Shown one piece after another: positions 49,590 to 60,080 of a DNA stretch of 64,000 bases. Under the pieces are notes generated by a model. That model was given only the letters and a program-made list of their open reading frames with translations. It was not told where the DNA came from and ran no database searches. Each line of letters starts with the position of its first letter. Within the stretch, counting starts at the first letter, position 1. The stretch is from an uncultured bacterium (GTDB lineage: Bacteria; Zixibacteria; MSB-5A5; GN15; FEB-12). The stretch covers positions 32,001 through 96,000 of the forward strand of contig CBDVDR010000007.1 in assembly GCA_965372795.1 (NCBI GenBank). The letters run 5' to 3'. A program made the position numbers and the translations under genes.

Positions 49590-50965
49590 ACCGACTAGGT
49601 TGGTCAGATACAAAAATTGCCCAAGAAATGCAGTTGGTTCAGCACCTTCAGAACTGTCCTGCCTGCGCCGGACTTCTCAAGGCTGAACAGTCATTAAAGA
49701 GTGACCTCAGAGCGGCATCATTGAATGATAACGAAGAGGTGATACCTATGTCAGTTTTGAAGGCTCGGGTCGAGTATCAGGCTGCAAAAGTACCACAAGT
49801 AACTTTCATGGAGAAACTGCTCATGGCACCACTAAACAATCTGTTCACAAAACGCCCGAAGCTCGGTATTGGTCTGGCTGTTACTATTGTAGCCCTGCTT
49901 ATCTCAGCTTTGGTACCGTTTACTTATGACAACACTATCGGTTACGAAGTAGCCTTTGCCGGTGTTGACCGTACTTTAGCAATGGATCAGGATAAGATTC
50001 AGGATATTTTGTTAAAGCTTGGCGTTGAAGATGCTGCAATTGATGTCTCTGATTGCGAAGCGACATGTAAACTTTTTATCTCGGATCTGAAATCTTCATC
50101 TGATGCTCAAATGATCAAAGCCGCCTTTATAAATATTGATCAAGTTGAACTTCTGCATGATATTAAAGAGATGGTTTCAAAAGAATCCGGAACTTTGATC
50201 CATAAGGTTAAAATTGATCTATTGTCTTCATCAGATAATGTATTTTTCTCAGAAGATGATGCTCATAAAAAAGTTATTGAAATCTTTGGTGACAGTATGA
50301 CTGCTGAACTGATTTTTATCTCTGAAGATTGTAGTGAACTCGATTCTTTGCATTTTAAAATGGGAGATGCCAAAGAGGGCGATTTTGCATGGTTTGGAGC
50401 CGAAATCAATGTTGATTCAGATGATGTAACTGAAAACGTAAATGTTATTGCAAAATATATTAAAATCGGTGATTCAAACTGTAACATTACCGGATTAGAA
50501 GGTATTGATTTTGAAAATCTGACAGATGAAGATATTCAAAAGCTTAAAGATCTGGGCTATGTAGTAGAAATCATTGAAAGTGCTGATGGTACTACCATGG
50601 TTAAGCTGATGATGACTGATGTTACATTTTCTGGTGACCCAACCGAAGATGATGATGAAGCAGCCAAAGAAAATCCGGACCTCCCGGAAGGATATACTCT
50701 TTCACAGAATTATCCAAACCCGTTTAACCCGACTACAACAATTTCATATTCACTTCCAAAGAGTGAGCATGTTACTATAGATATTTATAATATCAATGGT
50801 CAGGTTGTTCGTTCGCTGGTTGATCAGGTTATGTCGGCTGGTACGCACACAATCGAGTGGGATGCGACTTCTGATGGCGGTACCAAAGTTGCGACAGGCA
50901 TGTATCTCTACCGTTTTAATGCCGGTGATATTAGTGAAACCAAGAAGATGACTTTGATGAAATAA
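49559..50965 (+). CDS. Zn-binding anti-sigma factor with TM and a C-terminal FlgD/T9SS-like domain
   Basis: C...HLQNCPAC; one TM; QNYPNPFNPTTTI...YNINGQ.V..L...G.Y.Y...KKMTLMK. Confidence 0.75.
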   Translation: MRCYQARQELNRLGWSDTKIAQEMQLVQHLQNCPACAGLLKAEQSLKSDLRAASLNDNEEVIPMSVLKARVEYQAAKVPQVTFMEKLLMAPLNNLFTKRPKLGIGLAVTIVALLISALVPFTYDNTIGYEVAFAGVDRTLAMDQDKIQDILLKLGVEDAAIDVSDCEATCKLFISDLKSSSDAQMIKAAFINIDQVELLHDIKEMVSKESGTLIHKVKIDLLSSSDNVFFSEDDAHKKVIEIFGDSMTAELIFISEDCSELDSLHFKMGDAKEGDFAWFGAEINVDSDDVTENVNVIAKYIKIGDSNCNITGLEGIDFENLTDEDIQKLKDLGYVVEIIESADGTTMVKLMMTDVTFSGDPTEDDDEAAKENPDLPEGYTLSQNYPNPFNPTTTISYSLPKSEHVTIDIYNINGQVVRSLVDQVMSAGTHTIEWDATSDGGTKVATGMYLYRFNAGDISETKKMTLMK

Positions 50966-51009
50966 CAGGCGTGGCCTGTTTGATATAAAATAAATTTACT
51001 TCATTTCGT

Positions 51010-51036
51010 AAAAAAACCCGCTCGGCGGGTTTTTTT
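51010..51036 (+). terminator. Intrinsic terminator
   Basis: AAAAAAACCCGC-TCG-GCGGGTTTTTTTT. Confidence 0.85.
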
Positions 51037-51059
51037 GTAATAATTTTGATTTAATAAAA

Positions 51060-51093
51060 AAAAAGTGCCCGCCAACCACAGACAGGCACTTTT
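51060..51093 (-). terminator. tRNA-Glu terminator
   Basis: AAAAGTGCC...GGCACTTTT with an A run on the plus strand. Confidence 0.65.
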
Positions 51094-51100
51094 CGAATTT

Positions 51101-51172
51101 TAGCGGTAAGGGGAATCGAACCCCTGTTTGATGGATGAGAACCACCGGTCCTAACCACTAGACGATACCGCC
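51101..51172 (-). tRNA. tRNA-Glu(CTC), CCA not encoded
   Basis: GGCGGTATCGTCTAGTGGTTAGGACCGGTGGTTCTCATCCATCAAACAGGGGTTCGATTCCCCTTACCGCTA. Confidence 0.95.
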
Positions 51173-51579
51173 ATATTCAATGCGTAACGCTAAAAAGCAA
51201 CACAGCCGAGTATATCGGTTTAAATATCCCTTGTCAAGCAGACGCAATCCGTTGAACAACACAGCGTTATGCGATATTGCAAATCTAATCCACTGATAAT
51301 AAACAGCTTACTCAATATCACTTTTTTGCAATAAATTGAAAATAATTCAAAAATAATCACTTCCCAAATTTTGAAAGTCGATATATTAGCATTTGAGTTT
51401 AATTATAACAGATGTCAAATTCAAAAAAAGTGCTTATCGCTGTAACATTACGGGATATAAATAGTTATAAATAATAAGCACAATAGGTTAGCAGACATTA
51501 AATTATTAAATCATATTTTGCTAATCAGTTTGAGGTTTTCTATATTTGAGGTAACACAGCAACTTAGTTGGAGGAAAAA

Positions 51580-54048
51580 ATGGCTCAGCCAAAGAAAATA
51601 AAACAGATAAAAGGTATAAAAGCTAAAGATTTATTATATCTAATTGATTATAAACCATCCGGAATTAAAACCTCAGATGATCTAAAATCACGAAAATCAA
51701 GTATTGGGCAGGAACGTGCGATTGACGCTATAAAAACCGGACTAAATGTGAAAAGTCGCGGTTATAATATATTTGTAAGCGGACCATCGGGCACCGGACG
51801 CACTTCCTCAATAAAAAGACTTCTCGAAGAACTTGAATATGAAAAACCTGAATTAGTTGATTACTGTTATGTAAATAATTTCAAAAACCCCGATCTCCCG
51901 AAACTTCTTGTTTTTAATGCTGGCGAGGGTCGCCGTTTTAAAAAAGATATGTCTTATCTGATCAATTCTTTGCGGAAAATTGTACCAAAAATATTTATGA
52001 GCGAAGATTACAAAGACCGTCAGAGTCGTATCTCCCGTGAATTTGAGGGTCGCCAGAAAGATCTGATTAAAAAATTCGAAGAGAAATTAAGTGAAGCTGG
52101 TTTTGTAATGGTTCAAATCCAATCCGGATTAGGAGTACGAAACGAAATTCAACCACTATATGAAGAGGAACCGGTTCCTTTTGAAAAACTTGAAGTTATG
52201 GTTGAAGAAGGAAATTACTCTCTTTCGCAACTTGACGAACTTCGCCGTAAATGGGATAGTTTAAGGCGCGAGTTTGATGTTACCTCAATAGAATCAAAAA
52301 AATTATCAAATAAACTTGAAGATGCCATCGAAAAATTGAACTACTCAATGGTGGCACCGCTGGTAACCGATAAAATCAATCTTCTGAGCAAAAGATACTC
52401 TTATGAAAAAGTTATCGACTATTTGAACGATGCTCAAGAAGCTCTGCTTGATGATCTTGATCGTTTTCGCGAGGCACAACCCCGGCGGGGCGAGGAAGAA
52501 CCTCCCCCATTTAGAAAACGCGAACCGTTTGAAGAGTTTAGTATAAATCTATTTTTGGATAACTCTGAAACTGATAAAGTACCAATAGTAATCGAAAAAT
52601 CGCCAACATTTAGTAAACTTTTCGGATCATTAGAACGGGTTGTCGACCGTTTTGGTTACTGGCGGACAGATTTTACGCGAATTTTTTCCGGTTCAATGGT
52701 TAAAGCCGCCGGTGGTTTTTTAATTATCAATGCTATGGATATTTTGATTGAGCCGGGAGTCTGGACTCAATTAAAAAGAACATTACTTAACGGTGAATTT
52801 GAAATGGCGGGTTCTGATCCATTTGGAATGTTTGCCGGATCAAGTATCAAACCGGAACCAATTCCGCTTAATATTAAGGTTATCTTAAAAGGTGACGCCA
52901 AAACCTTTGGTTTACTTTATCAGTTAGACGAAGATTTTAAAAAGATTTTTAAAATTAAAGCAGAATTTGATTCGGTTATGAAGATAACCAATAAAAATAT
53001 TAACAATTATTTTGAATTCATTCGAACTGTTATCGATAACGATAACCTGATGGCATTTGATTTGTCCGGAATGCAGGCGATTGTTGAATATGGAACAAAG
53101 CTAAGCGGCAAAAAAGGCAAAATTACAACTCAGTTCACCTATATCTCAGATATGGTTCGTGAAGCTAATTATTGTGCCTCAAAACGGAAAACAAAAGTTG
53201 TCAGCCGCGAAGATGTTCATTGTGCCATTAAACTGAAGCGCCGTCGTTCAAATATGGTCGAGGAGAAAATTCAAGAGCTTTATGATGAAAATGTACTAAT
53301 GGTTTCTACATCAGGCAAAGTTGTTGGCCAGATAAACGGATTAGCTGTTTATAGCCAGGGTGATTTTGCTTTTGGACGACCGACACGAATTACTGCCGCA
53401 ACATCATTAGGCAGAGCAGGCGTGATCAATATTGAACGTGAAGCAGATTTATCAGGACCAACACATAATAAAGGGATTCTGATTCTTACCGGATATCTCA
53501 GACATCTGTTTGCCCAGGATAAGCCAATGATAATGTCAGCCTCAATATCATTCGAACAATCATACAGCGGCGTCGATGGTGATTCGGCTTCATCAACAGA
53601 AATGTATGCGATCTTATCGTCCTTGTGTAATGTTCCATTAAAACAAGGCATTGCTGTAACAGGATCAGTCAATCAAAAAGGTGAAATTCAACCAATTGGC
53701 GGCGCAAATGAAAAAATCGAAGGATTTTATGACGTTTGCAAAGCAAAACGGTTGACCGGAACTCAGGGCGTGATGATCCCTCATCAAAATGTAAATGATT
53801 TGTTATTACGGCCTGATGTGATTGATGCTATCAAAGCTGGAAGTTTTCATATCTATCCTGTGAAAACGATTAATGAAGGAATAGAAATACTCACCGACAT
53901 TCCCGCCGGGAAAAAACTTGCCAATGGTAAATTTACCAAGGGAAGTTTGATGGAAATGGTTGATGATAAACTTCGTGAGATGGCTTTAGCCTTTCAAAAT
54001 TTCGGACGAGATACTAAAACAAAAAACAATAACAACAACGATAAATAA
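51580..54048 (+). CDS. Lon-like (S16, LonB/LonC-type) protease
   Basis: IGQERA, GPSGTGRT, GQINGL, EQSYSGVDGDSAS, IGGANEKIEGF. Confidence 0.9.
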   Translation: MAQPKKIKQIKGIKAKDLLYLIDYKPSGIKTSDDLKSRKSSIGQERAIDAIKTGLNVKSRGYNIFVSGPSGTGRTSSIKRLLEELEYEKPELVDYCYVNNFKNPDLPKLLVFNAGEGRRFKKDMSYLINSLRKIVPKIFMSEDYKDRQSRISREFEGRQKDLIKKFEEKLSEAGFVMVQIQSGLGVRNEIQPLYEEEPVPFEKLEVMVEEGNYSLSQLDELRRKWDSLRREFDVTSIESKKLSNKLEDAIEKLNYSMVAPLVTDKINLLSKRYSYEKVIDYLNDAQEALLDDLDRFREAQPRRGEEEPPPFRKREPFEEFSINLFLDNSETDKVPIVIEKSPTFSKLFGSLERVVDRFGYWRTDFTRIFSGSMVKAAGGFLIINAMDILIEPGVWTQLKRTLLNGEFEMAGSDPFGMFAGSSIKPEPIPLNIKVILKGDAKTFGLLYQLDEDFKKIFKIKAEFDSVMKITNKNINNYFEFIRTVIDNDNLMAFDLSGMQAIVEYGTKLSGKKGKITTQFTYISDMVREANYCASKRKTKVVSREDVHCAIKLKRRRSNMVEEKIQELYDENVLMVSTSGKVVGQINGLAVYSQGDFAFGRPTRITAATSLGRAGVINIEREADLSGPTHNKGILILTGYLRHLFAQDKPMIMSASISFEQSYSGVDGDSASSTEMYAILSSLCNVPLKQGIAVTGSVNQKGEIQPIGGANEKIEGFYDVCKAKRLTGTQGVMIPHQNVNDLLLRPDVIDAIKAGSFHIYPVKTINEGIEILTDIPAGKKLANGKFTKGSLMEMVDDKLREMALAFQNFGRDTKTKNNNNNDK

Positions 54049-54056
54049 CAAAAATT

Positions 54057-54090
54057 TGATGCATGTATGATTCGAATCATGCATGCATCA
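54057..54090. repeat. 34-bp near-perfect palindrome
   Basis: TGATGCATGTATGATTC-GAATCATGCATGCATCA (one mismatch). Confidence 0.7.
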
Positions 54091-54247
54091 TTCGTTCACG
54101 ATCAATTTTTTCTAATCATTCATTCAAAATTATAAAAACTGATTAAATTTTATTTTTAAATAATAAAGTTTTATTAATGTTTTTTCTTGACATAATTTTA
54201 AAAAAGGCTTTTTTTTTGATGAACAAACAAAACATGGAGGATGTTCA

Positions 54248-54559
54248 ATGCGCAAAGCTAAAAAAACCACAAAGAGAAAAGTCGCCAAGAAAAAAGTGGT
54301 AAAGAAAAAAGTTGCTAAAAAGAAAGTAGCGAAGAAAAAAGTCGCTAAGAAAAAAGTAGCAAAGAAGAAAGTAGCCAAGAGAAAAGTTGCTAAAAAGAAA
54401 GTCGTGAAGAAAAAAGTAGCCAAGAAAAAAGTCGCTAAGAAAAAGGTTGCTAAGAAGAAAAAAACTAAATGCGCTGGCAAAACCAAAGCCGGTAAAGCTT
54501 GTAAACGCTTCACTGACGGTAGAGGGAAATTCTGCTCGGTTCATAAAAAGAAAAGATAA
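54248..54559 (+). CDS. Histone H1-like basic protein (12 K[KR]KV[AV] repeats) with a C3H tail
   Basis: GGAGG RBS, upstream TTGACA, 15-nt repeats with synonymous variation, downstream terminator. Confidence 0.85.
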   Translation: MRKAKKTTKRKVAKKKVVKKKVAKKKVAKKKVAKKKVAKKKVAKRKVAKKKVVKKKVAKKKVAKKKVAKKKKTKCAGKTKAGKACKRFTDGRGKFCSVHKKKR

Positions 54560-54573
54560 ATTATCTTTTAAAT

Positions 54574-54606
54574 AAAAAACGCAGTCTTAAAGACTGCGTT
54601 TTTTTT
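54574..54606. terminator. Bidirectional terminator
   Basis: AAAAAACGCAGTCTT-A-AAGACTGCGTTTTTTTT. Confidence 0.9.
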
Positions 54607-54629
54607 GCTTTAAATTTAAATATCAAATT

Positions 54630-57600
54630 TTAGAAATCAGCCCCAAGCGAGAAATAGTAGGTCGGCTTAGCCGATATTTGAGCAAAATCAGTTGCCCAGG
54701 CTAAGTCATATCTCAGTAATAAAAAGCCAAGATTGGCTCTCATTCCAAAGCCAAAACCTGTTTTAATGTCCTGAAGCCGCTTTTCTCCACCTTCGGAAGT
54801 CCCACCTTTAAATCGGTTTTTAAACCAGGCAGCACCAATATCTGAAAAAATTGCGCCCTGCACCCGACTGATAATCAAAGGCAGAGGGAATCGCATGGCA
54901 AAATAATCAATCATTGGAAAGCGAAATTCCATGTTTATTAGGCCGTACCGGGTTCCGTTTATCCCATAATATGGCAAACCCCGCATCGGCGTAATTATAT
55001 CAGCAAAATAAAGATTTTCAACTTCATACACCGAGGCATCAAGGGTTCGATTACCAATCCAGTTAGTTGTACCGCCAAGGAAATATAATTTAGGAGTTTT
55101 TCCTGAAGAGGCTCCACCGGAAACTCGGAACGCAAACGAATATGTTTTATTAAAATGCCAATATTTTCTATAATCCACTTCTAATGAATTGTAGTCAATG
55201 TCATTTGAATCAAAAAGATTTATTCCTTTTGAGAGAGAGATTTTTGCTCGTCTTCCATTTACCGGACCAGTAATCCCCCAGATTATATTATCAGTAACGT
55301 AAGAAAAGTTACCTGTGAAAACTTTCGAGTTCCGGTCAGACCTATTATCAACAATATCGTAATATTGGCGATCTATGAAGGAATGTGTGGCACTCATCTC
55401 AAGACGGCTGAAAATTGAATAAGGTCGGCTGGCAAAGAATTGTAAGCCGTAAAACCTGTCAGAAAATAGAAAATCGTTGGCGTCAATATAGAAATTTTTC
55501 GAATGAAAAATGCCAAACCCTAATCTGGTTCTCTTTTTATTGTTAAAATAATAAACCTGGATATTCGATTGATCAATCGTATTGACTAAATCTGTGGCGA
55601 GATAAAATTGATGATTACCAAGGTAATCTGAGAAAACAAAATATGATTGACCTCTTAATCCAAAGAATGTGTCATAAGAAAAACCACCTCCGACATAGTC
55701 TGGTGTAAATTTAACCTTATATTCGTTAATCTCATATTCACCATTAGTAAGAAGTCCGGGAATTGAATCAAATGACGTTGGTTCTTCAAGAGGTATATCT
55801 AAGCCCGATTCATCTTCCTCCCGGGCAATATCTCTCATTAAAGAATCAAGAGGACTTTTTTTATCATCGCTGACAAAAACAAACTCATCGTCATAAATTC
55901 CGGTTGATCGGACCGTTTTTTCATCTTCAGGATCAGAATTTTCTTTTTCAGATGAAGTTGTCGTATCGGATACTTGAGCCAGCTCAACCGCTGTTGAGTC
56001 AGATTCAGAGTCTGCTACGGTTTCTTTAGCAGGTTTTTGGATTGTTGTATCTTTGGCTTTATGTTTAGCGAGGATATTATTGGGATCTTCTTTTTTCAAA
56101 AGGTCATATTCCCCGGTAACAAAGTCAGATAATGTCAGAACGCCATTTTCACCAACGGGTACTAATTCTTCAAGCATAAAGATATCAAAAGCGCCCTGAT
56201 GAAATGATGAGAACGCAATATTATCACCATCAGGCGACCAGCTAATCGAACTTACTCCGGTAAGAATATCCGTCAGACTATAATATTGAACGGTATCCAA
56301 AAATCCGATATAGATGTTATCAATTCCATTTCTATTAGATATAAAAGCAACTTTTTTTCCATCCGGCGATACTCTTGGATATTTATTGTCACCGGCACCA
56401 ACATCTAACGGCTTGACTTCTTTATCAGCAAAATCTACTCGAAAGAGATTGTATTTCCCATAATTAAAATCTCCCGGCAGAAGAGCGCCTTTATCGACAT
56501 AAATATTTTCTTTATCATAAATTTGATTTGTCTGAGGATGTGATCGATCAGATGAGAAGATGAGTCCATCGGAACCTTTCAGCCAAGTGGGAGTCACATC
56601 ATCAAATCTATCTTCAGTTATCTGGATAACATCATCATTATCTACATTATATACAAACAGATTTCTTGTATTTCCTTTAAGTGCTGAAAAGGCAATTTTG
56701 ATTCCATCAGGCGACCATACCGGTGAAATAATGTTGTAATAATCGAATCTTTTTTTAAGATAAGTTTTCTTTTTTTTAACATTGTAAAAAAACAGAGCTT
56801 CTTTACCTTCTGATTTTGCAACAAACACCAGACTTCGGCCATCAGGTGAGAAAGAAATTCCTGAGACATAGGAATGAAGCGATTCTAAATCTCCCGTTCG
56901 CTGAGATTTTACGAGCCTCTCGACATGGGTTCCGTTTTCAGAAGAGATCAAAACAATCTCAGTATAATCTGATTTGTCAGTAAAAATTGCCAGATGATCA
57001 CCATCAGGAGTGAATTCCGGTTTTTCATTAAAATAAGATCCGTCTTCACGGGCATGAGTAAGTTGTTTGGCTATTTCATCAGTTTCTTTTCGCTTGGCAA
57101 TTTCAGGCCAGTACCGGCGTTTCATCTCTTTTGAAAAATCTTTCCAGAAATCTTTCATCGTTATTCCAAGAGCATATTTCATCGCCTTATTCATGGTTAG
57201 ATGAATTTTACCCTTCATTAATATTTTGCCGAGTTTTTCCTCTCCATATTTTTCGGCAATATATTTAACCATTGCCTGCCCCTGCTTATAGGCGAGGAAA
57301 CCTCCCAGATATTCCGGTGGCGCCAGATATCCGTTGATCGTGGCATCGCGTACGAACATATCAGAATTATAATCCCAGCCATGCCGTGAGGAATATTCGG
57401 CGTAACCTTCGGCAAACCATAAAGGCAGGGCAAACAGCCTTTGTCTTGATAAAAGAGATGAAAAAACATTTCCATACACCATATCATAAATAACAGCATG
57501 GGTTAATTCATGATGAAGGACATGCCTTAAAACTTCATAAGAACCAGTAAACGGAATAACTATTCGGTTTTTGAAGGCTTCGGTAAAACCTCCGGTACCT

Positions 57601-57920
57601 TCACCGATAAGAGAAGAAATAATATTTGTTTGTTGGAAGTCATTATGAGAATTGTAAAGAAAGACCGGTATTCTTTTTTGAATTTTGTAGTTTAATTCAC
57701 GGGTGACCTCTACATAAGCCGACTCAAGAACAGTTGCCGTAAACTTTGCTGTCGGGTAGGCACTTTCGTAGAAATGAATATCAAAGTGACGGGTTTGGAT
57801 ATAATCCCAATCGAAATCTTTATATCTAACCTTGTTTTTCCCAAAATATGTTTCCTGAGCGTAAACATCAACTATTAGCAAAGTGAGGATTATAAAAATA
57901 AAAAGAAATGTTTTCCTCAT
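54630..57920 (-). CDS. Omp85/BamA-TamA family protein with N-terminal metallopeptidase-like and PD40 propeller domains
   Basis: FGKNKVRY, HELTH...WFAEG, WSPDG repeats, MRG, barrel ending ...GADF. Confidence 0.85.
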   Translation of the reverse strand: MRKTFLFIFIILTLLIVDVYAQETYFGKNKVRYKDFDWDYIQTRHFDIHFYESAYPTAKFTATVLESAYVEVTRELNYKIQKRIPVFLYNSHNDFQQTNIISSLIGEGTGGFTEAFKNRIVIPFTGSYEVLRHVLHHELTHAVIYDMVYGNVFSSLLSRQRLFALPLWFAEGYAEYSSRHGWDYNSDMFVRDATINGYLAPPEYLGGFLAYKQGQAMVKYIAEKYGEEKLGKILMKGKIHLTMNKAMKYALGITMKDFWKDFSKEMKRRYWPEIAKRKETDEIAKQLTHAREDGSYFNEKPEFTPDGDHLAIFTDKSDYTEIVLISSENGTHVERLVKSQRTGDLESLHSYVSGISFSPDGRSLVFVAKSEGKEALFFYNVKKKKTYLKKRFDYYNIISPVWSPDGIKIAFSALKGNTRNLFVYNVDNDDVIQITEDRFDDVTPTWLKGSDGLIFSSDRSHPQTNQIYDKENIYVDKGALLPGDFNYGKYNLFRVDFADKEVKPLDVGAGDNKYPRVSPDGKKVAFISNRNGIDNIYIGFLDTVQYYSLTDILTGVSSISWSPDGDNIAFSSFHQGAFDIFMLEELVPVGENGVLTLSDFVTGEYDLLKKEDPNNILAKHKAKDTTIQKPAKETVADSESDSTAVELAQVSDTTTSSEKENSDPEDEKTVRSTGIYDDEFVFVSDDKKSPLDSLMRDIAREEDESGLDIPLEEPTSFDSIPGLLTNGEYEINEYKVKFTPDYVGGGFSYDTFFGLRGQSYFVFSDYLGNHQFYLATDLVNTIDQSNIQVYYFNNKKRTRLGFGIFHSKNFYIDANDFLFSDRFYGLQFFASRPYSIFSRLEMSATHSFIDRQYYDIVDNRSDRNSKVFTGNFSYVTDNIIWGITGPVNGRRAKISLSKGINLFDSNDIDYNSLEVDYRKYWHFNKTYSFAFRVSGGASSGKTPKLYFLGGTTNWIGNRTLDASVYEVENLYFADIITPMRGLPYYGINGTRYGLINMEFRFPMIDYFAMRFPLPLIISRVQGAIFSDIGAAWFKNRFKGGTSEGGEKRLQDIKTGFGFGMRANLGFLLLRYDLAWATDFAQISAKPTYYFSLGADF

Positions 57921-58017
57921 TTTGAATCACCAACCTTTTCTTAAAAAAAATTATTTTATAAATAACGGATAAAAGTCCCGAACCATTTTCAATATTTAGT
58001 CTCTCAGATAAAATCTG

Positions 58018-59289
58018 TTATTCTTTTACTCTAATTATATCGGCTCCAAGGCTGACTAACTTGTCTTCTAATTTACTATAGCCACGATCGACATGATAGA
58101 CTCTAAGTACTTCAGACTTTCCTTTTGCAGCAAGACAGGCAACAACAAGTCCAGCCCCAGCTCTAATATCCGGTGCCATAACTTCTGCTCCAATCAGATT
58201 ATCAACTCCCGCAATAACCGCTTTTCCTTCAGCCACGGTTATATCGGCACCTAATCTTCGAAGTTCCATTGCGTGAACAAACCTATCTACAAAAACAGTT
58301 TCAGTGATGTAAGAAGTTCCCGAAGCGACCGTTGTAGCCGCCATTAAACAAGCTTGTAGATCAGTTGGGAATCCGGGATATGGGAATGTCGTTGTGGTTA
58401 AAGAAGATAACTTTTTTAATTTTTCCGGTGCCGATATAGTTAATCCAGATTTAGATATCTGAATATCGCATCCCATTTCAATTAATTTATGGTTTACAAC
58501 CGTTAATGTACTGGGATCAATTCCTGTCAAAGTAATGTTTCCGCCTGTAATCGCAGTCGCAAACATATATGTTCCAGCGACTAATCGATCACCAGAGACA
58601 GCATATTCCACTGGATTAAGTGTCTTAACCGGTTCAATAACGATATTTGGACTTCCGGCTCCTCTAATTTTTGCTCCGGCTAAATTCAAAAAATTTGCAA
58701 CATCAATAATTTCCGGATCACAAGCTGCATTAGTTATATAGGTTGGTTTTCTGGCAAAAACTGCACCGAACAATATATTTTCCGTTCCAGTATGAGAAGG
58801 TCGATCAAAATAGATTGATCCTCCTTGCAAAGGATTTGCTTTTGCAGTAACATAACCTCCCGATTCTTCGATTGTAGCACCCATGCTTGCAAAAGCTTTA
58901 ATATGAAAATCTACCGGACGTGATCCCAGCGAACATCCACCCGGCAGAGAGACTTTGGCTTCTCCCAGTCTTGATAAAAGTGGTCCCAGCACTAAGAAAG
59001 AAGCCCGCATTTGACGCATAAGCTCATACGGAGCCGTATTTTGAATGATATTCTCGGCATTTATTCTCATGATCCCCGATTCCGGATCATAAGAGATTTT
59101 TGCCCCGAGATATTCCATGACTTTAATGACAGTGTTGATGTCTCTCAAAGGAGGTACATTTTTTACAACTGTCTCCCCTTTATCAACAAGTAACGCCGCT
59201 ACTATTATCGGTAGCGCAGCATTTTTTGAACCATCAACTTGAATCGTTCCCTTTAAGGGCTTCCCGCCGTTTATAATAAACTTATCCAT
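58018..59289 (-). CDS. murA: UDP-N-acetylglucosamine 1-carboxyvinyltransferase
   Basis: GSKNAALP, LPGGCSLGSRPVDFH, PGFPTDLQ, DIRAGA, DRGY. Confidence 0.96.
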   Translation of the reverse strand: MDKFIINGGKPLKGTIQVDGSKNAALPIIVAALLVDKGETVVKNVPPLRDINTVIKVMEYLGAKISYDPESGIMRINAENIIQNTAPYELMRQMRASFLVLGPLLSRLGEAKVSLPGGCSLGSRPVDFHIKAFASMGATIEESGGYVTAKANPLQGGSIYFDRPSHTGTENILFGAVFARKPTYITNAACDPEIIDVANFLNLAGAKIRGAGSPNIVIEPVKTLNPVEYAVSGDRLVAGTYMFATAITGGNITLTGIDPSTLTVVNHKLIEMGCDIQISKSGLTISAPEKLKKLSSLTTTTFPYPGFPTDLQACLMAATTVASGTSYITETVFVDRFVHAMELRRLGADITVAEGKAVIAGVDNLIGAEVMAPDIRAGAGLVVACLAAKGKSEVLRVYHVDRGYSKLEDKLVSLGADIIRVKE

Positions 59290-59442
59290 TAAGTATCCTC
59301 ATTAATTAGACTCTAACTAATAGTGAAAAGATTAATAATTTCTTTCAAAAACAGATTATAATTTCTTGAGATTTAATTTCTATGAAAATTGGTTAAAAAG
59401 AAAGTTTTAACAATAAATTTACAGAAAAAAGGGGTATTAAGA

Positions 59443-60000
59443 TTAGAATTCGATCTGAGTTTCTTTCTCTTTTTCAGTTTCACTTAAACTTGTCCGAACC
59501 CGATCAAAAAAATCAATTGCTTCCGGATCACAATAATCCGGCATTGTCCAGGGTAATTGACGATAGGTGCCGCGGGAATAAATCAGAGCAATTTCAACGA
59601 AAACTCCGTCTTTAAAATAGATATTGCAATTACTCTCTCTATGAGAAGTTATCACAACATTATCAGCAGTTATAATACAAGGATCAATATTAACTGTGCG
59701 AAACAAAAAGTCCCCGACTTTGTCAGCAAAATTAGGTTCTATTTTAAAACATGTGTCCTTTAATTCAACCAGAGAACTCCTGCTAACCGGTTTCTCAAAT
59801 GAGATAAATCGGCGAAGAAGATTTTCACCCATTTCTTCACGATACTCTTGAGCCTGAGAAGTTTCGATCTCCATGGTTTCAAATTCTACCGGACCGAATT
59901 TTTTCTCAAGAGCACTGACAGCATCTGCTAAGGCATCCATAGATGAATATATAAGAGAAACTACCAGCTTCCCGTTTGATGGTATTTGTTTTCGAGCCAT
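59443..60000 (-). CDS. DUF4416-like protein
   Basis: Y.EEMG..L.R.F, RTVNIDP, LPWT.PDY. Confidence 0.7.
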   Translation of the reverse strand: MARKQIPSNGKLVVSLIYSSMDALADAVSALEKKFGPVEFETMEIETSQAQEYREEMGENLLRRFISFEKPVSRSSLVELKDTCFKIEPNFADKVGDFLFRTVNIDPCIITADNVVITSHRESNCNIYFKDGVFVEIALIYSRGTYRQLPWTMPDYCDPEAIDFFDRVRTSLSETEKEKETQIEF

Positions 60001-60080
60001 AAATTATAATGCTATGAAAAGTAGTAAGAAATCAACAAAAACTGTTGATAGTCGACAGTTTTCAAGCCATCAGATATTTC

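Noticed and set aside
51040..51300. Second integration site at tRNA-Glu
   Set aside because: The tRNA is followed directly by its terminator; no repeat of its 3' end and no integrase nearby
54130..54544. Minus-strand FFLAT-repeat ORFs
   Set aside because: Antisense shadows of the lysine-rich repeat gene, which has the RBS, promoter and terminator
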